Below, one piece after another: positions 42,101 to 57,900 of a stretch of DNA of 64,000 nt. The position numbers and the translations under genes are program-made. The notes below the pieces were generated by a model. The model saw only the letters and a program-made list of their open reading frames with translations, was not told where the DNA came from and made no database searches. Numbering within the stretch: position 1 is the stretch's first letter; each line of letters begins with the position of its first letter. This stretch comes from the human T2T-CHM13v2.0 reference genome, Homo sapiens. The stretch lies in NCBI RefSeq assembly GCF_009914755.1, contig NC_060925.1. The stretch is one strand, 5' to 3'.

Positions 42101-45100
42101 CCCGAATGGAATCATCTAATGGAATGGAATGGAATAATCCATGGACTCGAATGCAATCATCATCGAATGGAATGGAATGGAATCATCGAATGGACTCGAA
42201 TGGAATAATCATTGAACGGAATCGATTGGAATCATCATCGGATGGAAACGAATGGAATCATCATCGAATGGAAATGAAAGGAGTCATCATCTAATGGAAT
42301 TGCATGGAATCATCATAAAATGGAATCGAATGGAATCAACATCAAATGGAATCAAAAGGAATCATTGAACGGAATTGAATGGAATCGTCATCGAATGAAT
42401 TGACTGCAATCATCCAATGGTCTCGAATGGAATCATCTTCAAATGGAATGGAATGGAATCATCGCATAGAATCGAATGGAATTATCATCGAATGGAATCG
42501 AATGGAATCAACATCAAACGGAAAAAAACGGAATTATCGAATGGAATCGAAGAGAATCATCGAATGGACCCGAATGGAATCATCTAATGGAATGGAATGG
42601 AATAATCCATGGACTCGAATGCAATCATCATCGAATGGAATCGAATGGAATCATCGAATGGACTCGAATGGAATAATCATTGAACGGAATCGAATGGAAT
42701 CATCATCGGATGGAAATGAATGGAATCATCATCGAATGGAATCGAATAGAATTATGGAATGAAATCCAGTGTGATCATCATCGAATGGACCCGAATGGAA
42801 TCATCATCCAACGGAAGCTAATGGAATCAACATCGAATGAATCAAATGGAAACACCATCGAATTGAAACGAATGGAATTATCATGAAATTGAAATGGATG
42901 GACTCATCATCGAATGGATTCGAAAGGAATCATCGAATAAAATTGATTGAAATCATCATCGAATGGAATCGAATGGTATCATTGAATGGAATCGAATGGA
43001 ATCATCATCAGATGGAAATGAATGGAATCGTCATAGAATGGAATCGAATGGATTCATTGAATGGAATCAGATGGAATCATCGAATGGACTGGAATGGAAT
43101 CATTGAATGGACTCGAAAGGGATCATGATTGAATGGAATTGAATGGAATCATCGAATGGTCTCGATTGGAATCATTATCAAATGGAATCGAATGGAATCA
43201 CCGAATAGAATCGAATGGAACAATCATCGAATGGACTCAAATGGAATTATCCTCCAATGGAATCGAATGGAATTATCGAATGCAATCGAATGGAATTATC
43301 GAATGCAATCGAATAGAATCATCGAATGGACTCGAATGGAATCATCGAATGGAATGGAATGGAACAGTCAATGAACTCGAATGGAATCATCATTGAATGG
43401 AATCGAATGGAATCATCGAGTGGAATCGAATGGAAATATGATCAAATGGAATCGAATGTAATCATCATCAAATGGAATCAAAAATAACCATCATCAATTG
43501 GTATTGAATGGAATTGTCATCAAATGGAATTCAAAGGAATCAATATCAAATGGAACCGAATGGAATCCTCATTGAATGGAAATGAAAGGGGTCATCATCT
43601 AATGGAATCGCATGGAATCATCATCAAATGGAATCGAATGGAATCATCATCAAATGGAATCTAATGGAATCATTGAACAGAATTGAATGGAATCGTCATC
43701 GAATGAATTGAATGCAATCATCGAATGGTCTCGAATGGAATCATCTTCTAATGGAAAGGAATGGAATCATCGCATAGAATCGAATGGAATTATCATCGAA
43801 TGGAATCGAATGGCATCAACACCAAACGGAAAAAAACGGAATTATCGAATGGAATCGAAGAGAATCTTCGAACGGACCCGAATGGAATCATCTAATGGAA
43901 TGGAATGGAATAATCCATGGACTCGAATGCAATCATCATCGAATGGAATCGAATGGAATCATCGAATGGACTCGAATGGAATAATCATTGAACGGAATCG
44001 AATGGAATCATCATCGGATGGAAACGAATGGAATCATCATCGAATGGAAATGAAAGGAGTCATCATCTAATGGAATTGCATGGAATCATCATAAAATGGA
44101 ATCGAATGGAATCAACATCAAATGGAATCAAATGGAATCATTGAACGGAATTGAATGGAATCGTCATCGAATGAATTGACTGCAATCATCCAATGGTCTC
44201 GAATGGAATCATCTTCAAATGGAATGGAATGGAATCATCGCATAGAATCGAATGGAATTATCATCGAATGGAATCGAATGGAATCAACATCAAACGGAAA
44301 AAAACGGAATTATCGAATGGAATCGAAGAGAATCATCGAATGGACCCGAATGGAATCATCTAATGGAATGGAATGGAATAATCCATGGACTCGAATGCAA
44401 TCATCATCGAATGGAATCGAATGGAATCATCGAATGGACTCGAATGGAATAATCATTGAACGGAATCGAATGGAATCATCATCGGATGGAAATGAATGGA
44501 ATCATCATCGAATGGAATCGAATAGAATTATGGAATGAAATCCAGTGTGATCATCATCGAATGGACCCGAATGGAATCATCATCCAACGGAAGCTAATGG
44601 AATCAACATCGAATGAATCGAATGGAAACACCATCGAATTGAAACGAATGGAATTATCATGAAATTGAAATAGATGGACTCATCATCGAATGGATTCGAA
44701 TGGAATCATCGAATAAAATTGATTGAAATCATCATCGAATGGAATCGAATGGTATCATTGAATGGAATCGAATGGAATCATCATCAGATGGAAATGAATG
44801 GAATCGTCATAGAATGGAATCGAATGGATTCATTGAATGGAATCAGATGGAATCATCGAATGGACTGGAATGGAATCATTGAATGGACTCGAAAGGGATC
44901 ATGATTGAATGGAATTGAATGGAATCATCGAATGGTCTCGATTGGAATCATTATCAAATGGAATCGAATGGAATCACCGAATAGAATCGAATGGAACAAT
45001 CATCGAATGGACTCAAATGGAATTATCCTCAAATGGAATCGAATGGAATTATCGAATGCAATCGAATGGAATTTTCGAATGCAATCGAATAGAATCATCG

Positions 45101-45930
45101 AATGGACTCGAATGGAATCATCGAATGGAATGGAATGGAACAGTCAATGAACACGAATGGAATCATCATTGAATGGAATCGAATGGAATCATCGAGTGGA
45201 ATCGAATTGAATTATGATCAAATGGAATCGAATGTAATCATCATCAAATGGAATCAAAAATAACCATCATCAATTGCTATTGAATGGAATTGTCATCAAA
45301 TGGAATTCAAAGGAATCATCATCAAATGGAACCGAATGGAATCCTCATTGAATGGAAATGAAAGGGGTCATCATCTAATGGAATCGCATGGAATCATCAT
45401 CAAATGGAATCGAATGGAATCATCATCAAATGGAATCTAATGGAATCATTGAACAGAATTGAATGGAATCGTCATCGAATGAATTGAATGCAATCATCGA
45501 ATGGTCTCGAATGGAATCATCTTCTAATGGAAAGGAATGGAATCATCGCATAGAATCGAATGGAATTATCATCGAATGGAATCGAATGGTATCAACACCA
45601 AACGGAAAAAAACGGAATTATCGAATGGAATCGAAGAGAATCTTCGAACGGACCCGAATGGAATCATCTAATGGAATGGAATGGAATAATCCATGGACTC
45701 GAATGCAATCATCATCGAATGGAATCGAATGGAATCATCGAATGGACTCGAATGGAATAATCATTGAACGGAATCGAATGGAATCATCATCGGATGGAAA
45801 CGAATGGAATCATCATCGAATGGAAATGAAAGGAGTCATCATCTAATGGAATTGCATGGAATCATCATAAAATGGAATCGAATGGAATCAACATCAAATG
45901 GAATCAAATGGAATCATTGAACGGAATTGA

Positions 45931-48900
45931 ATGGAATCGTCATCGAATGAATTGACTGCAATCATCGAATGGTCTCGAATGGAATCATCTTCAAATGGAA
46001 TGGAATGGAATCATCGCATAGAATCGAATGGAATTATCATCGAATGGAATGGAATGGAATCAACATCAAACGGAAAAAAACGGAATTATCGAATGGAATC
46101 GAAGAGAATCATCGAATGGACCCGAATGGAATCATCTAATGGAATGGAATGGAATAATCCATGGACTCGAATGCAATCATCATCCAATGGAATCGAATGG
46201 AATCATCGAATGGACTCGAATGGAATAATCATTGAACGGAATCGAATGGAATCATCATCGGATGGAAATGAATGGAATCATCATCGAATGGAATCGAATA
46301 GAATTATGGAATGAAATCCAGTGTGATCATCATCGAATGGACCCGAATGGAATCATCATCCAACGGAAGCTAATGGAATCAACATCGAATGAATCGAATG
46401 GAAACACCATCGAATTGAAACGAATGGAATTATCATGAAATTGAAATGGATGGACTCATCATCGAATGGATTCGAATGGAATCATCGAATAAAATTGATT
46501 GAAATCATCATCGAATGGAATCGAATGGTATCATTGAATGGAATCGAATGGAATCATAATCAGATGGAAATGAATGGAATCGTCATAGAATGGAATCGAA
46601 TGGATTCATTGAATGGAATCAGATGGAATCATCGAATGGACTGGAATGGAATCATTGAATGGACTTGAAAGGGATCATGATTGAATGGAATTGAATGGAA
46701 TCATCGAATGGTCTCGATTGGAATCATTATCAAATGGAATCGAATGGAATCACCGAATAGAATCGAATGGAACAATCATCGAATGGACTCAAATGGAATT
46801 ATCCTCAAATGGAATCGAATGGAATTATCGAATGCAATCGAATGGAATTATCGAATGCAATCGAATAGAATCATCGAATGGACTCGAATGGAATCATCGA
46901 ATGGAATGGAATGGAACAGTCAATGAACACGAATGGAATCATCATTGAATGGAATCGAATGGAATCATCGAGTGGAATCGAATGGAATTATGATCAAATG
47001 GAATCGAATGTAATCATCATCAAATGGAATCAAAAATAACCATCATCAATTGGTATTGAATGGAATTGTCATCAAATGGAATTCAAAGGAATCATCATCA
47101 AATGGAACCGAATGGAATCCTCATTGAATGGAAATGAAAGGGGTCATCATCTTATGGAATCGCATGGAATCATCATCAAATGGAATCGAATGGAATCATC
47201 ATCAAATGGAATCTAATGGAATCATTGAGCAGAATTGAATGGAATCGTCATCGAATGAATTGAATGCAATCATCGAATGGTCTCGAATGGAATCATCTTC
47301 TAATGGAAAGGAATGGAATCATCGCATAGAATCGAATGGAATTATCATCGAATGGAATCGAATGGTATCAACACCAAACGGAAAAAAACGGAATTATCGA
47401 ATGGAATCGAAGAGAATCTTCGAACGGACCCGAATGGAATCATCTAATGGAATGGAATGGAATAATCCATGGACTCGAATGCAATCATCATCGAATGGAA
47501 TCGAATGGAATCATCGAATGGACTCGAATGGAATAATCATTGAAAGGAATCGAATGGAATCATCATCGGATGGAAACGAATGGAATCATCATCGAATGGA
47601 AATGAAAGGAGTCATCATCTAATGCAATTGCATGGAATCATCATCAAATGGAATCGAATGGAATCAACATCAAATGGAATCTAATGGAATCATTGAACAG
47701 AATTGAATGGAATCGTCATCGAATGAATTGACTGCAATCATCGAATGGTCTCGAATGGAATCATCTTCAAATGGAATGGAATGGAATCATCGCATAGAAT
47801 CGAATGGAATTATCATCGAATGGAATCGAATGGAATCAACATCAAACGGAAAAAAACGGAATTATCGAATGGAATCGAAGAGAATCATCGAATGGACCCG
47901 AATGGAATCATCTAATGGAATGGAATGGAATAATCCATGGACTCGAATGCAATCATCATCGAATGGAATCGAATGGAATCATCGAGTGGACTCGAATGGA
48001 ATAATCATTGAACGGAATCGAATGGAATCATCATCGGATGGAAATGAATGGAATCATCATCGAATGGAATCGAATAGAATTATGGAATTAAATCCAGTGT
48101 GATCATCATCGAATGGACCCGAATGGAATCATCATCCAACGGAAGCTAATGGAATCAACATCGAATGAATCAAATGGAAACACCATCGAATTGAAACGAA
48201 TGGAATTATCATGAAATTGAAATGGATGGACTCATCATCGAATGGATTCGAATGGAATCATCGAATAAAATTGATTGAAATCATCATCGAATGGAATCGA
48301 ATGGTATCATTGAATGGAATCGAATGGAATCATCATCAGATGGAAATGAATGGAATCGTCATAGAATGGAATCGAATGGATTCATTGAATGGAATCAGAT
48401 GGAATCATCGAATGGACTGGAATGGAATCATTGAATGGACTCGAAAGGGATCATGATTGAATGGAATTGAATGGAATCATCGAATGGTCTCGATTGGAAT
48501 CATTATCAAATGGAATCGAATGGAATCACCGAATAGAATCGAATGGAACAATCATCGAATGGACTCAAATGGAATTATCCTCAAATGGAATCGAATGGAA
48601 TTATCGAATGCAATCGAATGGAATTATCGAATGCAATCGAATAGAATCATCGAATGGACTCGAATGGAATCATCGAATGGAATGGAATGGAACAGTCAAT
48701 GAACTCGAATGGAATCATCATTGAATGGAATCGAATGGAATCATCGAGTGGAATCGAATGGAATTATGATCAAATGCAATCGAATGTAATCCTCATCAAA
48801 TGGAATCAAAAATAACCATCATCAATTGGTATTGAATGGAATTGTCATCAAATGGAATTCAAAGGAATCATCATCAAATGGAACCGAATGGAATCCTCAT

Positions 48901-51900
48901 TGAATGGAAATGAAAGGGGTCATCATCTAATGGAATCGCATGGAATCATCATCAAATGGAATCGAATGGAATCATCATCAAATGGAATCTAATGGAATCA
49001 TTGAACAGAATTGAATGGAATCGTCATCGAATGAATTGAATGCAATCATCGAATGGTCTCGAATGGAATCATCTTCTAATGGAAAGGAATGGAATCATCG
49101 CATAGAATCGAATGGAATTATCATCGAATGGAATCGAATGGTATCAACACCAAACGGAAAAAAACGGAATTATCGAATGGAATCGAAGAGAATCTTCGAA
49201 CGGACCCGAATGGAATCATCTAATGGAATGGAATGGAATAATCCATGGACTCGAATGCAATCATCATCGAATGGAATCGAATGGAATCATCGAATGGACT
49301 CGAATGGAATAATCATTGAACGGAATCGAATGGAATCATCATCGGATGGAAACGAATGGAATCATCATCGAATGGAAATGAAAGGAGTCATCATCTAATG
49401 GAATTGCATGGAATCATCATAAAATGGAATCGAATGGAATCAACATCAAATCGAATCAAACGGAATCATTGAACAGAATTGAATGGAATCGTCATCGAAT
49501 GAATTGACTGCAATCATCGAATGGTCTCGAATGGAATCATCTTCAAATGGAATGGAATGGAATCATCGCATAGAATCGAATGGAATTATCACCGAATGGA
49601 ATCGAATGGAATCAACATCAAACGGAAAAAAACGGAATTATCGAATGGAATCGAAGAGAATAATCGAATGGACCCGAATGGAATCATCTAATGGAATGGA
49701 ATGGAATAATCCATGGACTCGAATGCAATCATCATCGAATGGAATCGAATGGAATCATCGAATGAACTCGAATGGAATCATCATTGAATGGAATCGAATG
49801 GAATCATCGAGTGGAATCGAATGGAATTATGATCAAATGGAATCGAATGTAATCATCATCAAATGGAATCAAAAATAACCATCATCAATTGGTATTGAAT
49901 GGAATTGTCATCAAATGGAATTCAAAGGAATCATCATCAAATGGAACCGAATGGAATCCTCATTGAATGGAAATGAAAGGGGTCATCATCTAATGGAATC
50001 GCATGGAATCATCATCAAATGGAATCGAATGGAATCATCATCAAATGGAATCTAATGGAATCATTGAACAGAATTGAATGGAATCGTCATCGAATGAATT
50101 GAATGCAATCATCGAATGGTCTCGAATGGAATCATCTTCTAATGGAAAGGAATGGAATCATCGCATAGAATCGAATGGAATTATCATCGAATGGAATCGA
50201 ATGGTATCAACACCAAACGGAAAAAAACGGAATTATCGAATGGAATCGAAGAGAATCTTCGAACGGACCCGAATGGAATCATCTAATGGAATGGAATGGA
50301 ATAATCCATGGACTCGAATGCAATCATCATCGAATGGAATCGAATGGAATCATCGAATGGACTCGAATGGAATAATCATTGAACGGAATCGAATGGAATC
50401 ATCATCGGATGGAAACGAATGGAATCATCATCGAATGGAAATGAAAGGAGTCATCATCTAATGGAATTGCATGGAATCATCATAAAATGGAATCGAATGG
50501 AATCAACATCAAATCGAATCAAACGGAATCATTGAACAGAATTGAATGGAATCGTCATCGAATGAATTGACTGCAATCATCGAATGGTCTCGAATGGAAT
50601 CATCTTCAAATGGAATGGAATGGAATCATCGCATAGAATCGAATGGAATTATCACCGAATGGAATCGAATGGAATCAACATCAAACGGAAAAAAACGGAA
50701 TTATCGAATGGAATCGAAGAGAATCATCGAATGGACCCGAATGGAATCATCTAATGGAATGGAATGGAATAATCCATGGACTCGAATGCAATCATCATCG
50801 AATGGAATCGAATGGAATCATCGAATGAACTCGAATGGAATCATCATTGAATGGAATCGAATGGAATCATCGAGTGGAATCGAATGGAATTATGATCAAA
50901 TGGAATCGAATGTAATCATCATCAAATGGAATCAAAAATAACCATCATCAATTGGTATTGAATGGAATTGTCATCAAATGGAATTCAAAGGAATCATCAT
51001 CAAATGGAACCGAATGGAATCCTCATTGAATGGAAATGAAAGGGGTCATCATCTAATGGAATCGCATGGAATCATCATCAAATGGAATCGAATGGAATCA
51101 TCATCAAATGGAATCTAATGGAATCATTGAACAGAATTGAATGGAATCGTCATCGAATGAATTGAATGCAATCATCGAATGGTCTCGAATGGAATCATCT
51201 TCTAATGGAAAGGAATGGAATCATCGCATAGAATCGAATGGAATTATCATCGAATGGAATCGAATGGTATCAACACCAAACGGAAAAAAACGGAATTATC
51301 GAATGGAATCGAAGAGAATCTTCGAACGGACCCGAATGGAATCATCTAATGGAATGGAATGGAATAATCCATGGACTCGAATGCAATCATCATCGAATGG
51401 AATCGAATGGAATCATCGAATGGACTCGAATGGAATAATCATTGAACGGAATCGAATGGAATCATCATCGGATGGAAACGAATGGAATCATCATCGAATG
51501 GAAATGAAAGGAGTCATCATCTAATGGAATTGCATGGAATCATCATAAAATGGAATCGAATGGAATCAACATCAAATGGAATCAAATGGAATCATTGAAC
51601 GGAATTGAATGGAATCGTCATCGAATGAATTGACTGCAATCATCGAATGGTCTCGAATGGAATCATCTTCAAATGGAATGGAATGGAATCATCGCATAGA
51701 ATCGAATGGAATTATCATCGAATGGAATCGAATGGAATCAACATCAAACGGAAAAAAACGGAATTATCGAATGGAATCGAAGAGAATCATCGAATGGACC
51801 CGAATGGAATCATCTAATGGAATGGAATGGAATAATCCATGGACTCGAATGCAATCATCATCCAATGGAATCGAATGGAATCATCGAATGGACTCGAATG

Positions 51901-54900
51901 GAATAATCATTGAACGGAATCGAATGGAATCATCATCGGATGGAAATGAATGGAATCATCATCGAATGGAATCGAATAGAATTATGGAATGAAATCCAGT
52001 GTGATCATCATCGAATGGACCCGAATGGAATCATCATCCAACGGAAGCTAATGGAATCAACATCGAATGAATCGAATGGAAACACCATCGAATTGAAACG
52101 AATGGAATTATCATGAAATTGAAATGGATGGACTCATCATCGAATGGATTCGAATGGAATCATCGAATAAAATTGATTGAAATCATCATCGAATGGAATC
52201 GAATGGTATCATTGAATGGAATCGAATGGAATCATAATCAGATGGAAATGAATGGAATCGTCATAGAATGGAATCGAATGGATTCATTGAATGGAATCAG
52301 ATGGAATCATCGAATGGACTGGAATGGAATCATTGAATGGACTTGAAAGGGATCATGATTGAATGGAATTGAATGGAATCATCGAATGGTCTCGATTGGA
52401 ATCATTATCAAATGGAATCGAATGGAATCACCGAATAGAATCGAATGGAACAATCATCGAATGGACTCAAATGGAATTATCCTCAAATGGAATCGAATGG
52501 AATTATCGAATGCAATCGAATGGAATTATCGAATGCAATCGAATAGAATCATCGAATGGACTCGAATGGAATCATCGAATGGAATGGAATGGAACAGTCA
52601 ATGAACACGAATGGAATCATCATTGAATGGAATCGAATGGAATCATCGAGTGGAATCGAATGGAATTATGATCAAATGGAATCGAATGTAATCATCATCA
52701 AATGGAATCAAAAATAACCATCATCAATTGGTATTGAATGGAATTGTCATCAAATGGAATTCAAAGGAATCATCATCAAATGGAACCGAATGGAATCCTC
52801 ATTGAATGGAAATGAAAGGGGTCATCATCTTATGGAATCGCATGGAATCATCATCAAATGGAATCGAATGGAATCATCATCAAATGGAATCTAATGGAAT
52901 CATTGAACAGAATTGAATGGAATCGTCATCGAATGAATTGAATGCAATCATCGAATGGTCTCGAATGGAATCATCTTCTAATGGAAAGGAATGGAATCAT
53001 CGCATAGAATCGAATGGAATTATCATCGAATGGAATCGAATGGTATCAACACCAAACGGAAAAAAACGGAATTATCGAATGGAATCGAAGAGAATCTTCG
53101 AACGGACCCGAATGGAATCATCTAATGGAATGGAATGGAATAATCCATGGACTCGAATGCAATCATCATCGAATGGAATCGAATGGAATCATCGAATGGA
53201 CTCGAATGGAATAATCATTGAAAGGAATCGAATGGAATCATCATCGGATGGAAACGAATGGAATCATCATCGAATGGAAATGAAAGGAGTCATCATCTAA
53301 TGCAATTGCATGGAATCATCATCAAATGGAATCGAATGGAATCAACATCAAATGGAATCTAATGGAATCATTGAACAGAATTGAATGGAATCGTCATCGA
53401 ATGAATTGACTGCAATCATCGAATGGTCTCGAATGGAATCATCTTCAAATGGAATGGAATGGAATCATCGCATAGAATCGAATGGAATTATCATCGAATG
53501 GAATCGAATGGAATCAACATCAAACGGAAAAAAACGGAATTATCGAATGGAATCGAAGAGAATCATCGAATGGACCCGAATGGAATCATCTAATGGAATG
53601 GAATGGAATAATCCATGGACTCCAATGCAATCATCATCGAATGGAATCGAATGGAATCATCGAGTGGACTCGAATGGAATAATCATTGAACGGAATCGAA
53701 TGGAATCATCATCGGATGGAAATGAATGGAATCATCATCGAATGGAATCGAATAGAATTATGGAATTAAATCCAGTGTGATCATCATCGAATGGACCCGA
53801 ATGGAATCATCATCCAACGGAAGCTAATGGAATCAACATCGAATGAATCAAATGGAAACACCATCGAATTGAAACGAATGGAATTATCATGAAATTGAAA
53901 TGGATGGACTCATCATCGAATGGATTCGAATGGAATCATCGAATAAAATTGATTGAAATCATCATCGAATGGAATCGAATGGTATCATTGAATGGAATCG
54001 AATGGAATCATCATCAGATGGAAATGAATGGAATCGTCATAGAATGGAATCGAATGGATTCATTGAATGGAATCAGATGGAATCATCGAATGGACTGGAA
54101 TGGAATCATTGAATGGACTCGAAAGGGATCATGATTGAATGGAATTGAATGGAATCATCGAATGGTCTCGATTGGAATCATTATCAAATGGAATCGAATG
54201 GAATCACCGAATAGAATCGAATGGAACAATCATCGAATGGACTCAAATGGAATTATCCTCAAATGGAATCGAATGGAATTATCGAATGCAATCGAATGGA
54301 ATTATCGAATGCAATCGAATAGAATCATCGAATGGACTCGAATGGAATCATCGAATGGAATGGAATGGAACAGTCAATGAACTCGAATGGAATCATCATT
54401 GAATGGAATCGAATGGAATCATCGAGTGGAATCGAATGGAATTATGATCAAATGCAATCGAATGTAATCCTCATCAAATGGAATCAAAAATAACCATCAT
54501 CAATTGGTATTGAATGGAATTGTCATCAAATGGAATTCAAAGGAATCATCATCAAATGGAACCGAATGGAATCCTCATTGAATGGAAATGAAAGGGGTCA
54601 TCATCTAATGGAATCGCATGGAATCATCATCAAATGGAATCGAATGGAATCATCATCAAATGGAATCTAATGGAATCATTGAACAGAATTGAATGGAATC
54701 GTCATCGAATGAATTGAATGCAATCATCGAATGGTCTCGAATGGAATCATCTTCTAATGGAAAGGAATGGAATCATCGCATAGAATCGAATGGAATTATC
54801 ATCGAATGGAATCGAATGGTATCAACACCAAACGAAAAAAAACGGAATTATCGAATGGAATCGAAGAGAATCTTCGAACGGACCCGAATGGAATCATCTA

Positions 54901-57900
54901 ATGGAATGGAATGGAATAATCCATGGACTCGAATGCAATCATCATCGAATGGAATCGAATGGAATCATCGAATGGACTCGAATGGAATAATCATTGAACG
55001 GAATCGAATGGAATCATCATCGGATGGAAACGAATGGAATCATCATCGAATGGAAATGAAAGGAGTCATCATCTAATGGAATTGCATGGAATCATCATAA
55101 AATGGAATCGAATGGAATCAACATCAAATCGAATCAAACGGAATCATTGAACAGAATTGAATGGAATCGTCATCGAATGAATTGACTGCAATCATCGAAT
55201 GGTCTCGAATGGAATCATCTTCAAATGGAATGGAATGGAATCATCGCATAGAATCGAATGGAATTATCACCGAATGGAATCGAATGGAATCAACATCAAA
55301 CGGAAAAAAACGGAATTATCGAATGGAATCGAAGAGAATCATCGAATGGACCCGAATGGAATCATCTAATGGAATGGAATGGAATAATCCATGGACTCGA
55401 ATGCAATCATCATCGAATGGAATCGAATGGAATCATCGAATGAACTCGAATGGAATCATCATTGAATGGAATCGAATGGAATCATCGAGTGGAATCGAAT
55501 GGAATTATGATCAAATGGAATCGAATGTAATCATCATCAAATGGAATCAAAAATAACCATCATCAATTGGTATTGAATGGAATTGTCATCAAATGGAATT
55601 CAAAGGAATCATCATCAAATGGAACCGAATGGAATCCTCATTGAATGGAAATGAAAGGGGTCATCATCTAATGGAATCGCATGGAATCATCATCAAATGG
55701 AATCGAATGGAATCATCATCAAATGGAATCTAATGGAATCATTGAACAGAATTGAATGGAATCGTCATCGAATGAATTGAATGCAATCATCGAATGGTCT
55801 CGAATGGAATCATCTTCTAATGGAAAGGAATGGAATCATCGCATAGAATCGAATGGAATTATCATCGAATGGAATGGAATGGTATCAACACCAAACGGAA
55901 AAAAACGGAATTATCGAATGGAATCGAAGAGAATCTTCGAACGGACCCGAATGGAATCATCTAATGGAATGGAATGGAATAATCCATGGACTCGAATGCA
56001 ATCATCATCGAATGGAATCGAATGGAATCATCGAATGGACTCGAATGGAATAATCATTGAACGGAATCGAATGGAATCATCATCGGATGGAAACGAATGG
56101 AATCATCATCGAATGGAAATGAAAGGAGTCATCATCTAATGGAATTGCATGGAATCATCATAAAATGGAATCGAATGGAATCAACATCAAATGGAATCAA
56201 ATGGAATCATTGAACGGAATTGAATGGAATCGTCATCGAATGAATTGACTGCAATCATCGAATGGTCTCGAATGGAATCATCTTCAAATGGAATGGAATG
56301 GAATCATCGCATAGAATCGAATGGAATTATCATCGAATGGAATCGAATGGAATCAACATCAAACGGAAAAAAACGGAATTATCGAATGGAATCGAAGAGA
56401 ATCATCGAATGGACCCGAATGGAATCATCTAATGGAATGGAATGGAATAATCCATGGACTCGAATGCAATCATCATCGAATGGAATCGAATGGAATCATC
56501 GAATGGACTCGAATGGAATAATCATTGAACGGAATCGAATGGAATCATCATCGGATGGAAATGAATGGAATCATCATCGAATGGAATCGAATAGAATTAT
56601 GGAATGAAATCCAGTGTGATCATCATCGAATGGACCCGAATGGAATCATCATCCAACGGAAGCTAATGGAATCAACATCGAATGAATCGAATGGAAACAC
56701 CATCGAATTGAAACGAATGGAATTATCATGAAATTGAAATGGATGGACTCATCATCGAATGGATTCGAATGGAATCATCGAATAAAATTGATTGAAATCA
56801 TCATCCAATGGAATCGAATGGTATCATTGAATGGAATCGAATGGAATCATAATCAGATGGAAATGAATGGAATCGTCATAGAATGGAATCGAATGGATTC
56901 ATTGAATGGAATCAGATGGAATCATCGAATGGACTGGAATGGAATCATTGAATGGACTTGAAAGGGATCATGATTCAATGGAATTTAATGGAATCATCGA
57001 ATGGTCTCGATTGGAATCATTATCAAATGGAATCGAATGGAATCACCGAATAGAATCGAATGGAACAATCATCGAATGGACTCAAATGGAATTATCCTCA
57101 AATGGAATCGAATGGAATTATCGAATGCAATCGAATGGAATTATCGAATGCAATCGAATAGAATCATCGAATGGACTCGAATGGAATCATCGAATGGAAT
57201 GGAATGGAACAGTCAATGAACACGAATGGAATCATCATTGAATGGAATCGAATGGAATCATCAAGTGGAATCGAATGGAATTATGATCAAATGGAATCGA
57301 ATGTAATCATCATCAAATGGAATCAAAAATAACCATCATCAATTGCTATTGAATGGAATTGTCATCAAATGGAATTCAAAGGAATCATCATCAAATGGAA
57401 CCGAATGGAATCCTCATTGAATGGAAATGAAAGGGGTCATCATCTAATGGAATCGCATGGAATCATCATCAAATGGAATCGAATGGAATCATCATCAAAT
57501 GGAATCTAATGGAATCATTGAACAGAATTGAATGGAATCGTCATCGAATGAATTGAATGCAATCATCGAATGGTCTCGAATGGAATCATCTTCTAATGGA
57601 AAGGAATGGAATCATCGCATAGAATCGAATGGAATTATCATCGAATGGAATCGAATGGTATCAACACCAAACGGAAAAAAACGGAATTATCGAATGGAAT
57701 CGAAGAGAATCTTCGAACGGACCCGAATGGAATCATCTAATGGAATGGAATGGAATAATCCATGGACTCGAATGCAATCATCATCGAATGGAATCGAATG
57801 GAATCATCGAATGGACTCGAATGGAATAATCATTGAAAGGAATCGAATGGAATCATCATCGGATGGAAACGAATGGAATCATCATCGAATGGAAATGAAA

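Noticed and set aside
4150-49770. Indel sizes that are multiples of 23 or 26 (483=21x23, 713=31x23, 468=18x26)
   Set aside because: The monomer is an irregular mix of 23-, 26- and other-length subunits, and other indels (449, 172) do not fit. Probably coincidence.
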